Source of the DNA: a virus
Lineage: Duplodnaviria; Caudoviricetes
Length of the DNA stretch: 60,776 nucleotides
Virus record (IMG/VR): IMGVR_UViG_3300046739_000367
Location: 1 to 60,776 of that record
Strand: one strand, 5' to 3'
Position 1 is the first letter of the stretch, and each line of letters opens with the position of its first letter. Below the pieces are notes generated by a model, which did not search any database, was not told the DNA's origin, and saw nothing but the letters and a program-made list of their open reading frames with translations. The translations under genes were made by a program, and so were the position numbers. Shown here in pieces: positions 34,490-44,782 of the stretch.

Positions 34490-35552
34490 CGTCGACGTAG
34501 TCCGGCTCGCGTTTGTCGTAGAGCCGGCGGCGGATCGGCGTGTCCTTCAGACAGACGTCGCGGTAGGGGCATGTGCCGTACCTGAAGCAGTTGTCCGTGT
34601 TCTTGTAGAAGACGGTCTTCCAGTCTTCGCCGGCCGCGACGCGTCGGAGCCGTTCCCGGAGCTCGTCGCAGAGCTCGATGAATTCGGCTTCGAACTCCCG
34701 GAGCTCGTCGACCGACCGGGTGAACATCTCACGCAGGAACTGAGGGACGATCGTCTTGACGAGGACGTCGATGATCGCTCCACGGATGAAGACCGGGTCG
34801 GCGTTCGGATCCCGCTTGCGGGCTTGCTCGGTGAGGTACTTCGTCAGCCCGTAGATGTACGACGAAAGCTGGTCGTCGAGCTCGTACTTCAGGAGGTCCC
34901 TCGGATCGTTTCGGCCTGCCGTCTTATAGTCGACGATGTAGAGCCCGCCTTTCGCCGTCGACAGGTTGTCTGTACGCCCGCGAAGGTAGGCGCCGGAATC
35001 GTCCGGGCCGACGGCAACGAGGAACTCGATCTCCTGGTTCAGAGGTTTCCAGACTTCGTCGGTGTCGGAGTAGTGCTTGATGTACGCGAGCAGAACGCGA
35101 GAGACGACCTCTTCCGCTTCGGGAAGCGACTTGTCCTCGAACGCCGTGTGGACTGTCTTCTTCAGCGACTTCCGGAGCGTCTGGATCGCGACATGGAGAG
35201 CCTGCTCCTGTGGTGATAGCGAGGCGATCTCACAGAGGGTGTCGTACTCATCCTGCTTCTCCGGGTCCGTAGGTGGTGTAGGAAAATCATGCTTAATATC
35301 GATCCCGCCAGCGTGGAAAGTAGCAAGGCCGGCATGAACGGCGGTACCAATCTCCAGAACGGAACGCTTACCAGGAGGAACAAGCTGTGGTAGCGAACGA
35401 AGGATGTCATCGGAAACCTCCGGGTTAAGGGCTTTGAGGATGTCGATGTACATCCCGAGCCGTTGCCAGGCGAAGTAGCGCTTGCAGTTGCGGAAGGCTT
35501 TCGCCGACGATTGGTTGAGGACGATCGGAAACTTCTTCGCGTGATCGATCAC
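34446..35552 (-). CDS. PD-(D/E)XK Cas4-like exonuclease
   Basis: C.R, GTAVH, GRTD...IVDYKT, QL..Y, C-terminal C....CPYRDVC. Confidence 0.88.
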   Translation of the reverse strand: MIDHAKKFPIVLNQSSAKAFRNCKRYFAWQRLGMYIDILKALNPEVSDDILRSLPQLVPPGKRSVLEIGTAVHAGLATFHAGGIDIKHDFPTPPTDPEKQDEYDTLCEIASLSPQEQALHVAIQTLRKSLKKTVHTAFEDKSLPEAEEVVSRVLLAYIKHYSDTDEVWKPLNQEIEFLVAVGPDDSGAYLRGRTDNLSTAKGGLYIVDYKTAGRNDPRDLLKYELDDQLSSYIYGLTKYLTEQARKRDPNADPVFIRGAIIDVLVKTIVPQFLREMFTRSVDELREFEAEFIELCDELRERLRRVAAGEDWKTVFYKNTDNCFRYGTCPYRDVCLKDTPIRRRLYDKREPDYVDDAHTKLIEEFTRVA

Positions 35553-36316
35553 TTGACCTCCGGTCCGTCGAGAAGACCGCTGTGAGCTTCGCAGAGGCCG
35601 GTGGTCTGAACGACGCCTCCGCGACAGTCTTCGTTGTTGTAGAAGCAGGTGTTGACGCCGTCACCCGGAGGAAGAGGCTCCGGGTGAGGCTTGTCCTTCC
35701 CGGTAATCTCCGAAACCGCATCCCGGACCCGACCATTCATCGGACGCACCAATCCCTGGAGAGGGACTTTGGTCACGCCATCTTTGCCGCGGAGCATGAT
35801 GGATGCTTTGATCATGCCGCCGAATCTCCGGAGTTGTAACCATCCCGCACTTCCTGCTAGGAGGTACGTGCCGATGAGGGTCGGGTCCGAGATGAAGTCC
35901 GTGTCGAACGAGGGAGGATCGTCCCGAGGCCAGAGTTCTTCTTGCAGAGGAGGCGTGCTCGGTTCGGGTGTGTCGTCTTCCTGGTAGGCTAGGCCCGTGA
36001 GGGCGATCGCCGAGAGGCCGGCAGTAACGTGGTCGATGTGAAGGTCGCACTCCAGGAAGCGGGCGGCAATCTGGCGTTCGCGGTAGCCGGTCCAGTGGTT
36101 GATCAGCCAGAGGAGGTATTCGCGAGCCTCCTCCGCGTTCCATCGTGCTGGGATGATGTGGACGCCGTACTGACGGAAGAGGGACGTTGCATCCTTCGGC
36201 GGTGCGAAGAACACGGTAAAGGCTGCGTCCTCGTCCTGACGGGGTTCGAGCCTCATCCAGAGACCGGGCATGTCCGATGACTCGACCCAGAGGTCGGCAC
36301 GCGAGCGCAAGTGCAT
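35549..36316 (-). CDS. hypothetical protein with a C-terminal Cys/His cluster
   Basis: Likely ATG at 36316; C...C...LCEAH. Confidence 0.5.
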   Translation of the reverse strand: MHLRSRADLWVESSDMPGLWMRLEPRQDEDAAFTVFFAPPKDATSLFRQYGVHIIPARWNAEEAREYLLWLINHWTGYRERQIAARFLECDLHIDHVTAGLSAIALTGLAYQEDDTPEPSTPPLQEELWPRDDPPSFDTDFISDPTLIGTYLLAGSAGWLQLRRFGGMIKASIMLRGKDGVTKVPLQGLVRPMNGRVRDAVSEITGKDKPHPEPLPPGDGVNTCFYNNEDCRGGVVQTTGLCEAHSGLLDGPEVK

Positions 36317-36356
36317 GAGAAGAGCCTCGTACTCCCACCAACACAGGTGGAGAACG

Positions 36357-36557
36357 TCAGTCGACGCTGGCGCGGTAGAACCTGGCGTCTTCTGCGATTT
36401 CTCGTTCATCGGTGTCTCCGTTGTCCTTGCACCACTCGAGGTATTCCTCCTTCGTCGCGGGTCCGAGAACGACGCCAACGACTTCCGCTCCGTCTCTGTC
36501 TCGAACGATCACGACGTGGGTCCCTGGCTTGATATCATCAAACGACCCGAAGATCAC
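36357..36557 (-). CDS. hypothetical protein
   Basis: GGAGG RBS, coupled. Confidence 0.5.
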   Translation of the reverse strand: MIFGSFDDIKPGTHVVIVRDRDGAEVVGVVLGPATKEEYLEWCKDNGDTDEREIAEDARFYRASVD

Positions 36558-36931
36558 TTCCGCCCTCCCCGAAGCATCACCCTCAACTCCGCGTGCGTCA
36601 ACTCATAGCTCTCTACCCTCGTCCGTACCTCAGGAGGTCTCGTTGGAGGTCGAGTGGTCCCTCGACTAAGCCGCTGCAAAAGCTTCTCGTACATCCGTGT
36701 ATGCGCCGCACGAGCATCAACCCTCGCTTTGATCCGGTCCTGGCGGATCGTAGCTTCCGATTTTATCGTAACGCTCGTTGGTAGCTTCACGGACCGTACA
36801 CCCGCACTTAAACCGAGGGATGAGGTGCTTCGTGCAAACGCCACACTGGAAGTGGCCCGGAGCGCCTGCACGTTTGCAAGCGATCCGGTCCTGACAGTCG
36901 CAGTGTCCCGACGTTCCGCACCAATTGCACG

Positions 36932-37618
36932 TCACGCCGCGTACTTCGTCGGATCGACGTCGAACGCTTCGGCCATTGCTTCCTTGCGTTCGACGCACGT
37001 CCCGCACTTGCCGCAGTGGACGAACATACCGGTCTCGAACTGCGGGTCGTAGCAGGACCAGGTGAGCTCGACGGGCACGCGAAGGCCCTTGGCCCGCTTG
37101 GCGATGTCACCCTTGGTGATCGTGCCGAACGGAGCGTAGAGCGTGACGCGACCGTCCGTCGCCTTGAAGAGCGTCTGAGCGCAGCTCTCGTAGAACTCCG
37201 GACGGCAGTCCGGGTAGATCGTGTGGTCACCAGCGTGGGCCGCATACGCGACGACTTCGGCACCGATCGTCTCCGCGAGGGCGCCGGCCATAGCCAGCAG
37301 CATCATGTTGCGGTTCGGGACGATCGTCGTCTTCATGTTCTCCGCGGCGTAGTGACCGTGAGGGACGTCGACCTTTGCTCCTACCTGGGAGCTCTGAGCC
37401 CCAGCGAAGAGCGGGCCGAACGCGGCTGACAGGTTCAGCTGCTTGAAAGGAACGTCGGCGGCCGCGCAGATGATCTGGGCGTTCGTCATCTCGATCGCGT
37501 GTCGCTGTCCATAGTCGACGATGAGGGCAGTCGGTTCGAAGCCCTCGAACTTGAGTTGGTAGAGGAGGGTGGTTGAGTCGAGACCACCGCTCAAGAGACT
37601 GACTGCGCGCCTGCTCAT
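36932..37618 (-). CDS. queC: 7-cyano-7-deazaguanine (preQ0) synthase
   Basis: SGGLDS PP-loop, YGQRH, VPNRN, YPDCR, TWSCY, HCGKCGTCVER. Confidence 0.95.
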   Translation of the reverse strand: MSRRAVSLLSGGLDSTTLLYQLKFEGFEPTALIVDYGQRHAIEMTNAQIICAAADVPFKQLNLSAAFGPLFAGAQSSQVGAKVDVPHGHYAAENMKTTIVPNRNMMLLAMAGALAETIGAEVVAYAAHAGDHTIYPDCRPEFYESCAQTLFKATDGRVTLYAPFGTITKGDIAKRAKGLRVPVELTWSCYDPQFETGMFVHCGKCGTCVERKEAMAEAFDVDPTKYAA

Positions 37619-37660
37619 CTGTGAATGCTCCTTGTAGATCAAAGCCTTCGTCAGCTCAAC

Positions 37661-37687
37661 AAGAAAGGGGCGGTGAAGCCCCTTCCC
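37661..37687 (-). terminator. intrinsic terminator-like hairpin
   Basis: Minus strand GGGAAGGGGC-TTCACC-GCCCCTTTCTT, downstream of 37700..38131. Confidence 0.55.
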
Positions 37688-37699
37688 TGTCGCCACGTG

Positions 37700-38131
37700 C
37701 TACGCCGTCGGCTGTTCGGCGGGTGCCGCTGCCGGCTCGCCGGTCTTCGGGTCGAGCCCGAGCTCCGCCGCGCGGGCGAGAATCGCCTTGATGGACGCCT
37801 GGCGCTTCTGGTGGTACTCCTTCATCCGCGCCTTGACTTCCGGCTTCTGGTGGTAGGCCTTCATCTTGGCCTTCACCTCGGGCTTCGCGAGCCGCGCCTT
37901 GTTGTACGCGGTACGCTTCGCACGCTTCTCGTCGTACGCCGCCTTCTGCTCGTCGGTGAGCGCTGCGTACTCCTCCGCCGTGAGCGCCTTCTGGTACTGG
38001 TGGGGCTTGCCCTTCTGGCGCTCCTTCTGCTTGGCCTTGTCCGCGTTGATCTTCGCGAGCTGGGCCTTCACGTCGTCCACGCTCAGGCTGTTGACCTGGT
38101 CGCGGATCTGGTCGAGAATGTTTCCTGACAT
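37700..38131 (-). CDS. basic helical repeat protein (paralog family A)
   Basis: Repeated KPEVKA(K/R)MK(A/E)YHQK, ends ILARAAELG; own promoter and strong RBS. Confidence 0.7.
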   Translation of the reverse strand: MSGNILDQIRDQVNSLSVDDVKAQLAKINADKAKQKERQKGKPHQYQKALTAEEYAALTDEQKAAYDEKRAKRTAYNKARLAKPEVKAKMKAYHQKPEVKARMKEYHQKRQASIKAILARAAELGLDPKTGEPAAAPAEQPTA

Positions 38132-38177
38132 CTGTCTCTCCTTGTGTTAACGATTTCCGTGTTCCGATTGTAGACCT

Positions 38178-38206
38178 ATTATATCACAGATCACTTTCGC
38201 AATCAA
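38178..38206 (-). promoter_or_regulatory. sigma70-type promoter
   Basis: TTGATT-17 bp-TATAAT with TG extension. Confidence 0.85.
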
Positions 38207-38697
38207 CCCCCGTCTTTTGTTTTCAGGACCCCAATGAGGACGAGGTCGGTCAGAGTCCGGCGAATCGTGTCACGGGTGATTGCGAAGACGAGGGAGTTGT
38301 GTGAGGCACGGTTCCCGGCGACGTTGACGACGGCGACGTTCGTGTGTTCACGGAGATAGATCCCGAGCATACGTTCGGTGTAGTTCTCGAGGAGGTCCTT
38401 GCCCATGTTCTGGCAGGCTTTCCAGGTGCAGAGGTAGCCGCGGGAGCCGCTGTTCCCGAACCAGAGAGTGATGTCGGCCATTTGGACGTTGGCCCAGGTA
38501 CGGTCGGCGTAGTCGGCCGATGGATGCTCGAGCAGGCCGTAGGTGTCGCGGAGGGCGTAGTTAGGACCCGCTTCCGTCTTGTAGCCCTTGGGCGCCCATC
38601 CGCCGGTCTCGATGTTTGCCAGGCGGGCACCTTCCAGTCCGCCCTGGTCCGCTCCGGTCTGGCCTCCCGAGATCACGCGAAGGTCACGAGGTTTCAC
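38203..38697 (-). CDS. SLOG-superfamily protein (MoCo_carrier / cpYpsA-like)
   Basis: ISGGQTGAD..GL.......TGGWAPKG, RT..NV..AD.TL, NVAGNR. Confidence 0.8.
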   Translation of the reverse strand: MKPRDLRVISGGQTGADQGGLEGARLANIETGGWAPKGYKTEAGPNYALRDTYGLLEHPSADYADRTWANVQMADITLWFGNSGSRGYLCTWKACQNMGKDLLENYTERMLGIYLREHTNVAVVNVAGNRASHNSLVFAITRDTIRRTLTDLVLIGVLKTKDGG

Positions 38698-41600
38698 GGG
38701 AGTCCTCCGGAGCTCTACAGAGTTCGATCTCGTCGAGAAGACGGATGCTGTCGGTCAAGGTGTCCATGTTCTCGAAGTGCCCGGCGCCGTCGACCGTAAG
38801 AAGCGTGGGGCGGCCGTTGAGTAGGTAGACCGCGACGATACGCCGGGGAATGGACTTCCCCTTCGTGTAGCGGACGCTACGACCGAGAAGGTTGGTGACG
38901 ATCATCGGAGTTTCCTCCCGATCATGATGCCTAAACAGACCAGGCAGATGTCCCAGAAGAGGGCGCTCACGCGAGCCTCTTCGCGATGCGCTCGACCACC
39001 TTCTCAGCGAGACGGTCGAGGTCGATCGGGGTGAGACACTCGTTGACGAGGACGGTTTCGGCGTCTTCGAACCGACGGTACCCGGAACGGAAGAGGATGA
39101 TCTTTCCGTTCGACGCTTCGAGGCCGATGCCCCATCCACCGGATCCGTCTTCACGGATGACGTACTGGTAGGTCACTTCCGTCTCCTGTTCCGCTTACGA
39201 CTTGCCTTCTCCTGCTTGCGCTTCCGGTCCGAGCGGAACGCCTTCTTCGCGAAGCGTTCCGCCTTGTGGAGGGGAATCTCCCCGAGGGTGACACCTGCGA
39301 TGGCAGAGGCGATGCCGGAGGGCTTCCCGGCTTGACGCAGGATCGACGCCCTGTGCCTCATCGGCGGGGCAAGCTTCATCGCGTCGACGAACTGAGCCTT
39401 CTGCGACGGAGCAGCCGGGTCGAGCACGTCCTCTTCGAAGCTAACCTTAAGCTCGTCGGTGTCCGGGATCTTCTCGTCGTCACTCACCGGTGGTATCCTC
39501 CTTCATGACGTTGGCGTATATGGTGGCTTTCTCGATGGCCTTCTTCGTCGCGCTGATCGCGTGCTGCGCTTGCACGTGCATGTGCTCGAGGAGCCGTGGG
39601 AAATTCTTGCACGCTTGGATCTGGAGTTCGATGGGAGCCTCGCGAAGCGGGTACTGCATACCGTCGTACGCTTGCACGTAGAACTCCCACCGCTTGGACT
39701 CCTTGTTCCGGGAGTAGCCGAAGCGGAAGGGTGTCGCGCCTCGCGGGACCTCGATCGAGCACCGGATCCCGAGGTTCAGGGACCCGAGATTGAGCTCGAG
39801 CTGGGAAGCGGTGGCGAGGGATTCGCCGAGAGCCTCTTTCAGGTTCTCTGAGGCTTTCACGAGACGGTGTCCGAGGTCGGTGTAGTCCTTCACTTCCGCT
39901 CCTCCATCGGCGGGATGAGTCCGCCCCGTGCGAGAGCGTGGACGTAATTCGTGACAGCGATCTTCCGGAGTTCGACCGGCGTAGGAGACGGACTGTCGAC
40001 GAAGCGTGCGAGCATCCGATACTTCGTCTCGAGGTCCTCGTCGAGGAGCGTGTAGCGGAGAAGCTGCCAGTACGTGTCGGAGACCGCCAGCTTCACCTCG
40101 GCGTGCGAGTACGAGCCGAAGACGAGACGGTTCCAGTCGAGAGTCACAGTTTCCCGCCTTTGAGGACGGAGTAGACGTGCTCGGGGTCCGAGATTTCCTT
40201 GATCCGTTCACTGCCGTCGTCGGACTTGACGTCGAGCGAGACGGTCGAGCCCTCGTGGTCGAACTTCTCGAGGAGGTCGAGAAGCGGTTTGAATTCGGAC
40301 GATTCCGCCGTCCAGTAGGTGTCGCCGTCGACGCACCCGACGAAGAGTTCATATCTCATATCTTTTCCTCCGCCTGCAGCTTCGCTGTTGCGATCTTTAC
40401 GGGGCGTTCCCCGTACGTGTCGATGAGGTACCGGTAGAAGTAGTTGTCGTTCCGAACGATGTTGTCCGGGCCGTTGTACGGGGCGAGGCCGAGGAGCTTT
40501 CGAACGTCGTCTTCGAGCTTGGCCCAGTCGACGAGGACGCCTTTCAGCTCGTGGGTACCGATGTCTCGGCTCACAGCGCTTCCTTCCCGACGATGTACAT
40601 GACCGCACGAGATGTCGCTTCCAGCATCTGTCCGAGTCCGTTGCAGAGCTGGGTGCGGGCGGCGATCATCCGATCGTCGACCTTCTGCGAGAGCTGGAGC
40701 TCGAGGGCCTTCGCCCGTCGGTAGAGCACGTCGTTCTCCTGGCGGAGGCGCTCGACGCTTTCGACACTCGCCTGGAGCTGTTTCTCCAGCTCCTTCTTCG
40801 TCCACTTACGGGGTCGGAGCTTCTTCACGCTTCTCCTCCTTCTCGAAAACCTTGAACTCCATCCCCCAGAAGAAGATGTGGCAGGTCCCGGACCACTTGC
40901 CGGTGGCATCGTCCTGCCACAGGGAGATTTCACCGACCGGAGCCCACCAGGTTTTACCCTGAGGGCCGACCGGTCGCTTGATCGCGAGCTTGATGTCAGG
41001 GCGCTTCGCCGGCATCAGAGCCGCTCGAGCCGGACTTCGAACCCGTCTTCGGGACCCTCGTAGATGCTCTGGAGCATCTTGCCGACGAGTGAGTCCCAGC
41101 CGTCGGCGTGGTGCACGGTTTTCTTGACGTGGCCGTCTCCGTTCTGCGCGACGACCGTGAGACGCCACGGAAGGTCACGAGCGACTTTCTGTCCGACGGA
41201 CTCGGTGAGAACGTCCTTCGGCGAGCGTCGACGCTTCCGCCAGTAGGCTGTCATTCGCTTGGAGATCGCTTCCTTCGCTTCCGCCGAGAGACGACGTCTG
41301 CGACGTACCATTACTCTGCCTCCTCGAGCGACGCTGCTCGGATGTTAACGTGGGGGTTTCCGTCCGGTGCGTTTACCCACCGGACGATGACGACGGTTCC
41401 GTTGAACGGGCCGAAGACCTTTATGTCGACGTTCCGCCCGACCAACGGAGTGAGGACCTTCTCGAGTTCACGACGACGATTGTGAGCGTCTTCGAGCTGC
41501 TTCCTGAGGACGGAAGCCCGTTCGTCGAGCTCCGCGATCTCACGTTCGGTGACGAGCCATTTGTGGGCGTCACGCGAGTGGTCGGTCGACGTCATCAGCC

Positions 41601-42432
41601 GATCTCCTCGATCGTAATGCGGATGCGCTTCGCGGTGCGGAACGAAGGCTTCGGGATGTAGAACGACGGGTTGAACTTGTCGTCGACGCCGGTGGGACGC
41701 CCGTTCGGGAACCCCTCGAAGTTGAACCGCGTCGAGTGTTTGGGCTGGTCCCCTTCCTTCGGGACCATCGTAAACGTGAGAGATGTTGACACACTGACTC
41801 CTTTCAGTTTGGATATATTATATCACAGTTCTTCGAAAAAGTCACCTACGTCCTTTGAGCTGGTCGACTTCGGTGCGGAGACGTAGGATCCACGAGACCG
41901 CGTCGGCGTTGTCGGAGCGAGCACGGATGAGTTCGGACCGGAGGTCGTCGACGGAAAGGGACGAGACGTCGAGGCGCGTTGTTGCAGTCCCCTCGAGAAT
42001 GGAGATTTGACGAACGTGTTCGTTGCGAAGACGTTCAAGGTGCGTGACCTTGTCCTTGAGCTCGATGATCTTGCGTTCGACGACTTCGAAACGGTCGGTG
42101 CCGCCGGTCTTCGTCTCCCAAGCGTCGAGCAGGCCGCGCACTCGCATGTACGCGTCGTGGAGTTCCTTGTTCGCCTTCTCGTACGCTTCGCGCTGGGACT
42201 CGGCCTTCTGAAGATGGTGAGTCGTCTGCAGGAGCTTCAGTACGCGAGGCGGGAGGTCCGTCGAGTCCCAGAGATGACGGATCTGGAACTCGTCTGCCTC
42301 GCGCGAGATCATCACGTGGCACTCGCCGACGGAGTCCCGGAAGAACTCGAGGAGAGCTTGCTGCTTTGATGTCTCCGCCGCGAGCCGACGGTTCTCGTTC
42401 ACGAGCTCTTCGTATGACGGAGTATCAGACAC
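38684..42432 (-). other. array of about 13 short, translationally coupled hypothetical early genes (e.g. 38967-39176, 39173-39487, 39480-39893, 39890-40147, 40144-40359, 40356-40574, 40571-40828, 40806-41015, 41015-41311, 41311-41595, 41595-41792, 41842-42432)
   Basis: Consecutive minus-strand ORFs with GGAGG-type RBS and mostly 1-4 nt overlaps. Confidence 0.65.
41817..41845 (-). promoter_or_regulatory. sigma70-type promoter
   Basis: GTGACT-17 bp-TATAAT with TG extension. Confidence 0.7.
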
Positions 42433-42925
42433 CAGAGGCCTCCTCCTGCGAGAGCACCCACTTGAGGTCTTGGAGGGCCTGATCGACGTTCTTATACTGG
42501 ATGAACGTACCGCCGGCTTTGACCCACGGCTGAATGTACTTCGCCCAGTCGTCGATCAGGATGTCGCCGGGTCGCGCGTGCTTGTACTTCTCACGGGACG
42601 CGGTGCAGATGACTTGGAAGAGGCCGAGGTGCTCTCGGACCCATTGCGTCTTCTGTTCGCAGGCTCCCTTGATCATTGGCATCCCGGTGAGGACGACGGG
42701 AGTGGGACACACTTCGCGGATCCCGTCCCAGAGACGGTGCATTTCTGGCATCTCTGGAAGCGCCGCGAAGAAGTTGCCGTGGTGGGCAATCGCCCGCCAG
42801 AGGCCGATCGGCTCGTTGTCTCGGGAGGTCTTGATCCCGAGGAGATGCTCGGCGCCCTTGTCGAAGTCGGCGAGGACTCCGTCAAGGTCGACGAAGACGC
42901 GGGGCGTACTACGAACGTGAGCCAC
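42425..42925 (-). CDS. HAD-family 5'(3')-deoxyribonucleotidase-like protein
   Basis: VFVDLDGVLADF, LTG, K..W, ILIDD. Confidence 0.85.
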   Translation of the reverse strand: MAHVRSTPRVFVDLDGVLADFDKGAEHLLGIKTSRDNEPIGLWRAIAHHGNFFAALPEMPEMHRLWDGIREVCPTPVVLTGMPMIKGACEQKTQWVREHLGLFQVICTASREKYKHARPGDILIDDWAKYIQPWVKAGGTFIQYKNVDQALQDLKWVLSQEEASGV

Positions 42926-43321
42926 GGGTCACCTTCTTCGGCGGGACGCCCGCCTGGATCCAGTGGACGAGGGCCTGACGACAGGATTGGCAGAGGCCGA
43001 ACTCCGCGCCTGTGTTCGTCGTCGACGACCCGTGATCCGGGAAGGTAACGAGGATCGGCGTGCTGAGGAAGGCTTCGTCGGTCCCCGTGTTCTTGCATCG
43101 GTCGCAGTGGTATGTGATCATTCCGTAATTCCTTTCTTCAGCTCTTCAGCGGCGAGACGTAGAAGCTTCATGAGAATTGGGTCGTGGAGGTCGAGCCGGT
43201 GTAATGTTGCACATCTCCGGCACTTCCGCCAGCCATGGTCGAGGGCGTTCACTCCCTGTTCGTGCCCTCCGTAGATCGTACGAAGAAGGAAGATCACGTC
43301 TCGCCGTTCGTCGAGAGTCAC
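42909..43321 (-). other. two small Cys-containing hypothetical genes (42909-43121, 43118-43321)
   Basis: Coupled ORFs with CxxC motifs. Confidence 0.5.
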
Positions 43322-43527
43322 AGGTCGATCCCGAGCTCACGGGCGCGTCGACGGATCTCTTGTTCCATCGTCCGTTGAATCTGTTGGCGAGTGAGCGGAC
43401 GCGTTGCTTCACGTGCACGGATGATCCTTTCGTTGAACTCCTGCGGGAGCAACGGCTCCCCGAAGTCGAAGTTCGTAATCGCTTCCTTGAGTGCGTCAGG
43501 GTTCACGAACGATGTCTGGATGGGCAT
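43318..43527 (-). CDS. hypothetical protein ending RRARELGIDL (family A-like)
   Basis: C-terminal motif shared with 37700..38131 and 50644..50898. Confidence 0.5.
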   Translation of the reverse strand: MPIQTSFVNPDALKEAITNFDFGEPLLPQEFNERIIRAREATRPLTRQQIQRTMEQEIRRRARELGIDL

Positions 43528-44584
43528 TTCGGTCCCTCAGTTGGTATTCGTCATGGAAATTGGCTTTGTCCCTCCACGTCTTCTCGTCACCGAGGAGGTA
43601 TGTGCGCATCGTAATGGCCCAGTCATACGTGTTCTGCTCGACCGTGTTGTCACGGGAGTGGATGCAGACGTACTTCGGACCTTCGGGAGTGAGGTCGACG
43701 ATCGCACGCGTGTTCGGATACCAGATGTAGGCGTGCTCGGCTGTAAAGAAGTAGAAGGCTTTGCCTGCGTAGACTTTGTCGTGCAGGCGGGAGTCGATTT
43801 CTTTCAGGAGGCGGCGAGCGCGCTCCGGAGCATCCGGCTCCATCGTGTGACGGCGATTGTCGTACGCGTGGCGACCGAGTCGACGGTTGTAGTCGTAGTC
43901 GAAGACTGCTTCAGCAGCACGTCCAACCGGTCGGGCTGCGCGAGCAGCGTTCGCCGCATCGATCGCACGGAATCGACGGATTGCATCGAGAGTCATGCGG
44001 CGGTCGAAGTAGACTTCAGGCTCCGGCTTGACCGCGAGACGAACGTACGTCGCCAGGTTCTGCGCGACTTCGACGTAATCTTCTTCGGTGAGGTCCTTCG
44101 GTACGAGTACGTTGAACCGACGGACCAGTGGCAGAGCCGTGTCCGGAATCGCGAAGAAGTCGTAGTGTGTCGCGTCGTGGTTCGCTACTTGAACGTAGCG
44201 GGCTGCCATTCGCAAGTCCTCCTGTGTCTTGAGTTCGACGAGGGGAGGCGGCTCCGGAGGTGGAGCTGGATCCCAGAAACCTTGAATCGTAAACGCGCGG
44301 CGAATGTTGTTGTCGAGGTCCAGAGCGTGGTTCACCAACTGATCCCACAGAGGACCGTCTACGTCCGTGAGTTCGTCGTAGATGACGAATGCTGGATCAG
44401 CACCCCGGATCTGTGCGTAGGTGCGATCGACTTCGTTCGAGAGGTCGACTCCGTGGATCTCGATCGCGACTGCATCCTGCACTGTCTCGATGTCGAGAGT
44501 CACGCGCTGCCAGCCTTCTTGGTCAGCCGGTCCGAGAGCACGACCGATAACGACGTTAGGATCGTTCGGATCTCGAACCGGCAT
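43496..44584 (-). CDS. hypothetical protein with a C-terminal single-Cys domain (partner of the GG-terminated protein)
   Basis: Starts 6 nt after the Ubl-like stop; C-terminal ERARRLL...YVCIH...D...L..DE..W...ANFH. Confidence 0.65.
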   Translation of the reverse strand: MPVRDPNDPNVVIGRALGPADQEGWQRVTLDIETVQDAVAIEIHGVDLSNEVDRTYAQIRGADPAFVIYDELTDVDGPLWDQLVNHALDLDNNIRRAFTIQGFWDPAPPPEPPPLVELKTQEDLRMAARYVQVANHDATHYDFFAIPDTALPLVRRFNVLVPKDLTEEDYVEVAQNLATYVRLAVKPEPEVYFDRRMTLDAIRRFRAIDAANAARAARPVGRAAEAVFDYDYNRRLGRHAYDNRRHTMEPDAPERARRLLKEIDSRLHDKVYAGKAFYFFTAEHAYIWYPNTRAIVDLTPEGPKYVCIHSRDNTVEQNTYDWAITMRTYLLGDEKTWRDKANFHDEYQLRDRNAHPDIVREP

Positions 44585-44590
44585 GACTAC

Positions 44591-44782
44591 TTACCCGCCT
44601 ACGAGCGGCGCGAGGGCAAGAACCTCCGCGTCGGGACGAACGCCGTTGAGCGAGCGAACCCGCTCATCGTCGACGAACATGGCGTAGCCCGACTTCACGA
44701 GCTTGTCGAACTCCGCCTGGATGTCCGTCTCGGTGGAACACATCGTCGTGTGCCCCGTGCGATCGAGAACGTGCAGCTTCAT
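44591..44782 (-). CDS. small ubiquitin-like / ThiS-MoaD-like protein with a C-terminal Gly-Gly
   Basis: 63 aa, strong AAGGAGG RBS, ends DAEVLALAPLVGG-stop. Confidence 0.65.
   Translation of the reverse strand: MKLHVLDRTGHTTMCSTETDIQAEFDKLVKSGYAMFVDDERVRSLNGVRPDAEVLALAPLVGG

Noticed and set aside
34446-35552. Cas4-like gene as evidence of a CRISPR system
   Set aside because: No repeat-spacer array or other cas genes. It sits in the usual exonuclease-ATPase-SSB recombination module.
44360-44420. IRGADPAFVIYDE as a terminase or helicase Walker B in the Ubl-partner protein
   Set aside because: No Walker A or other ATPase motifs; at most a relic fragment.
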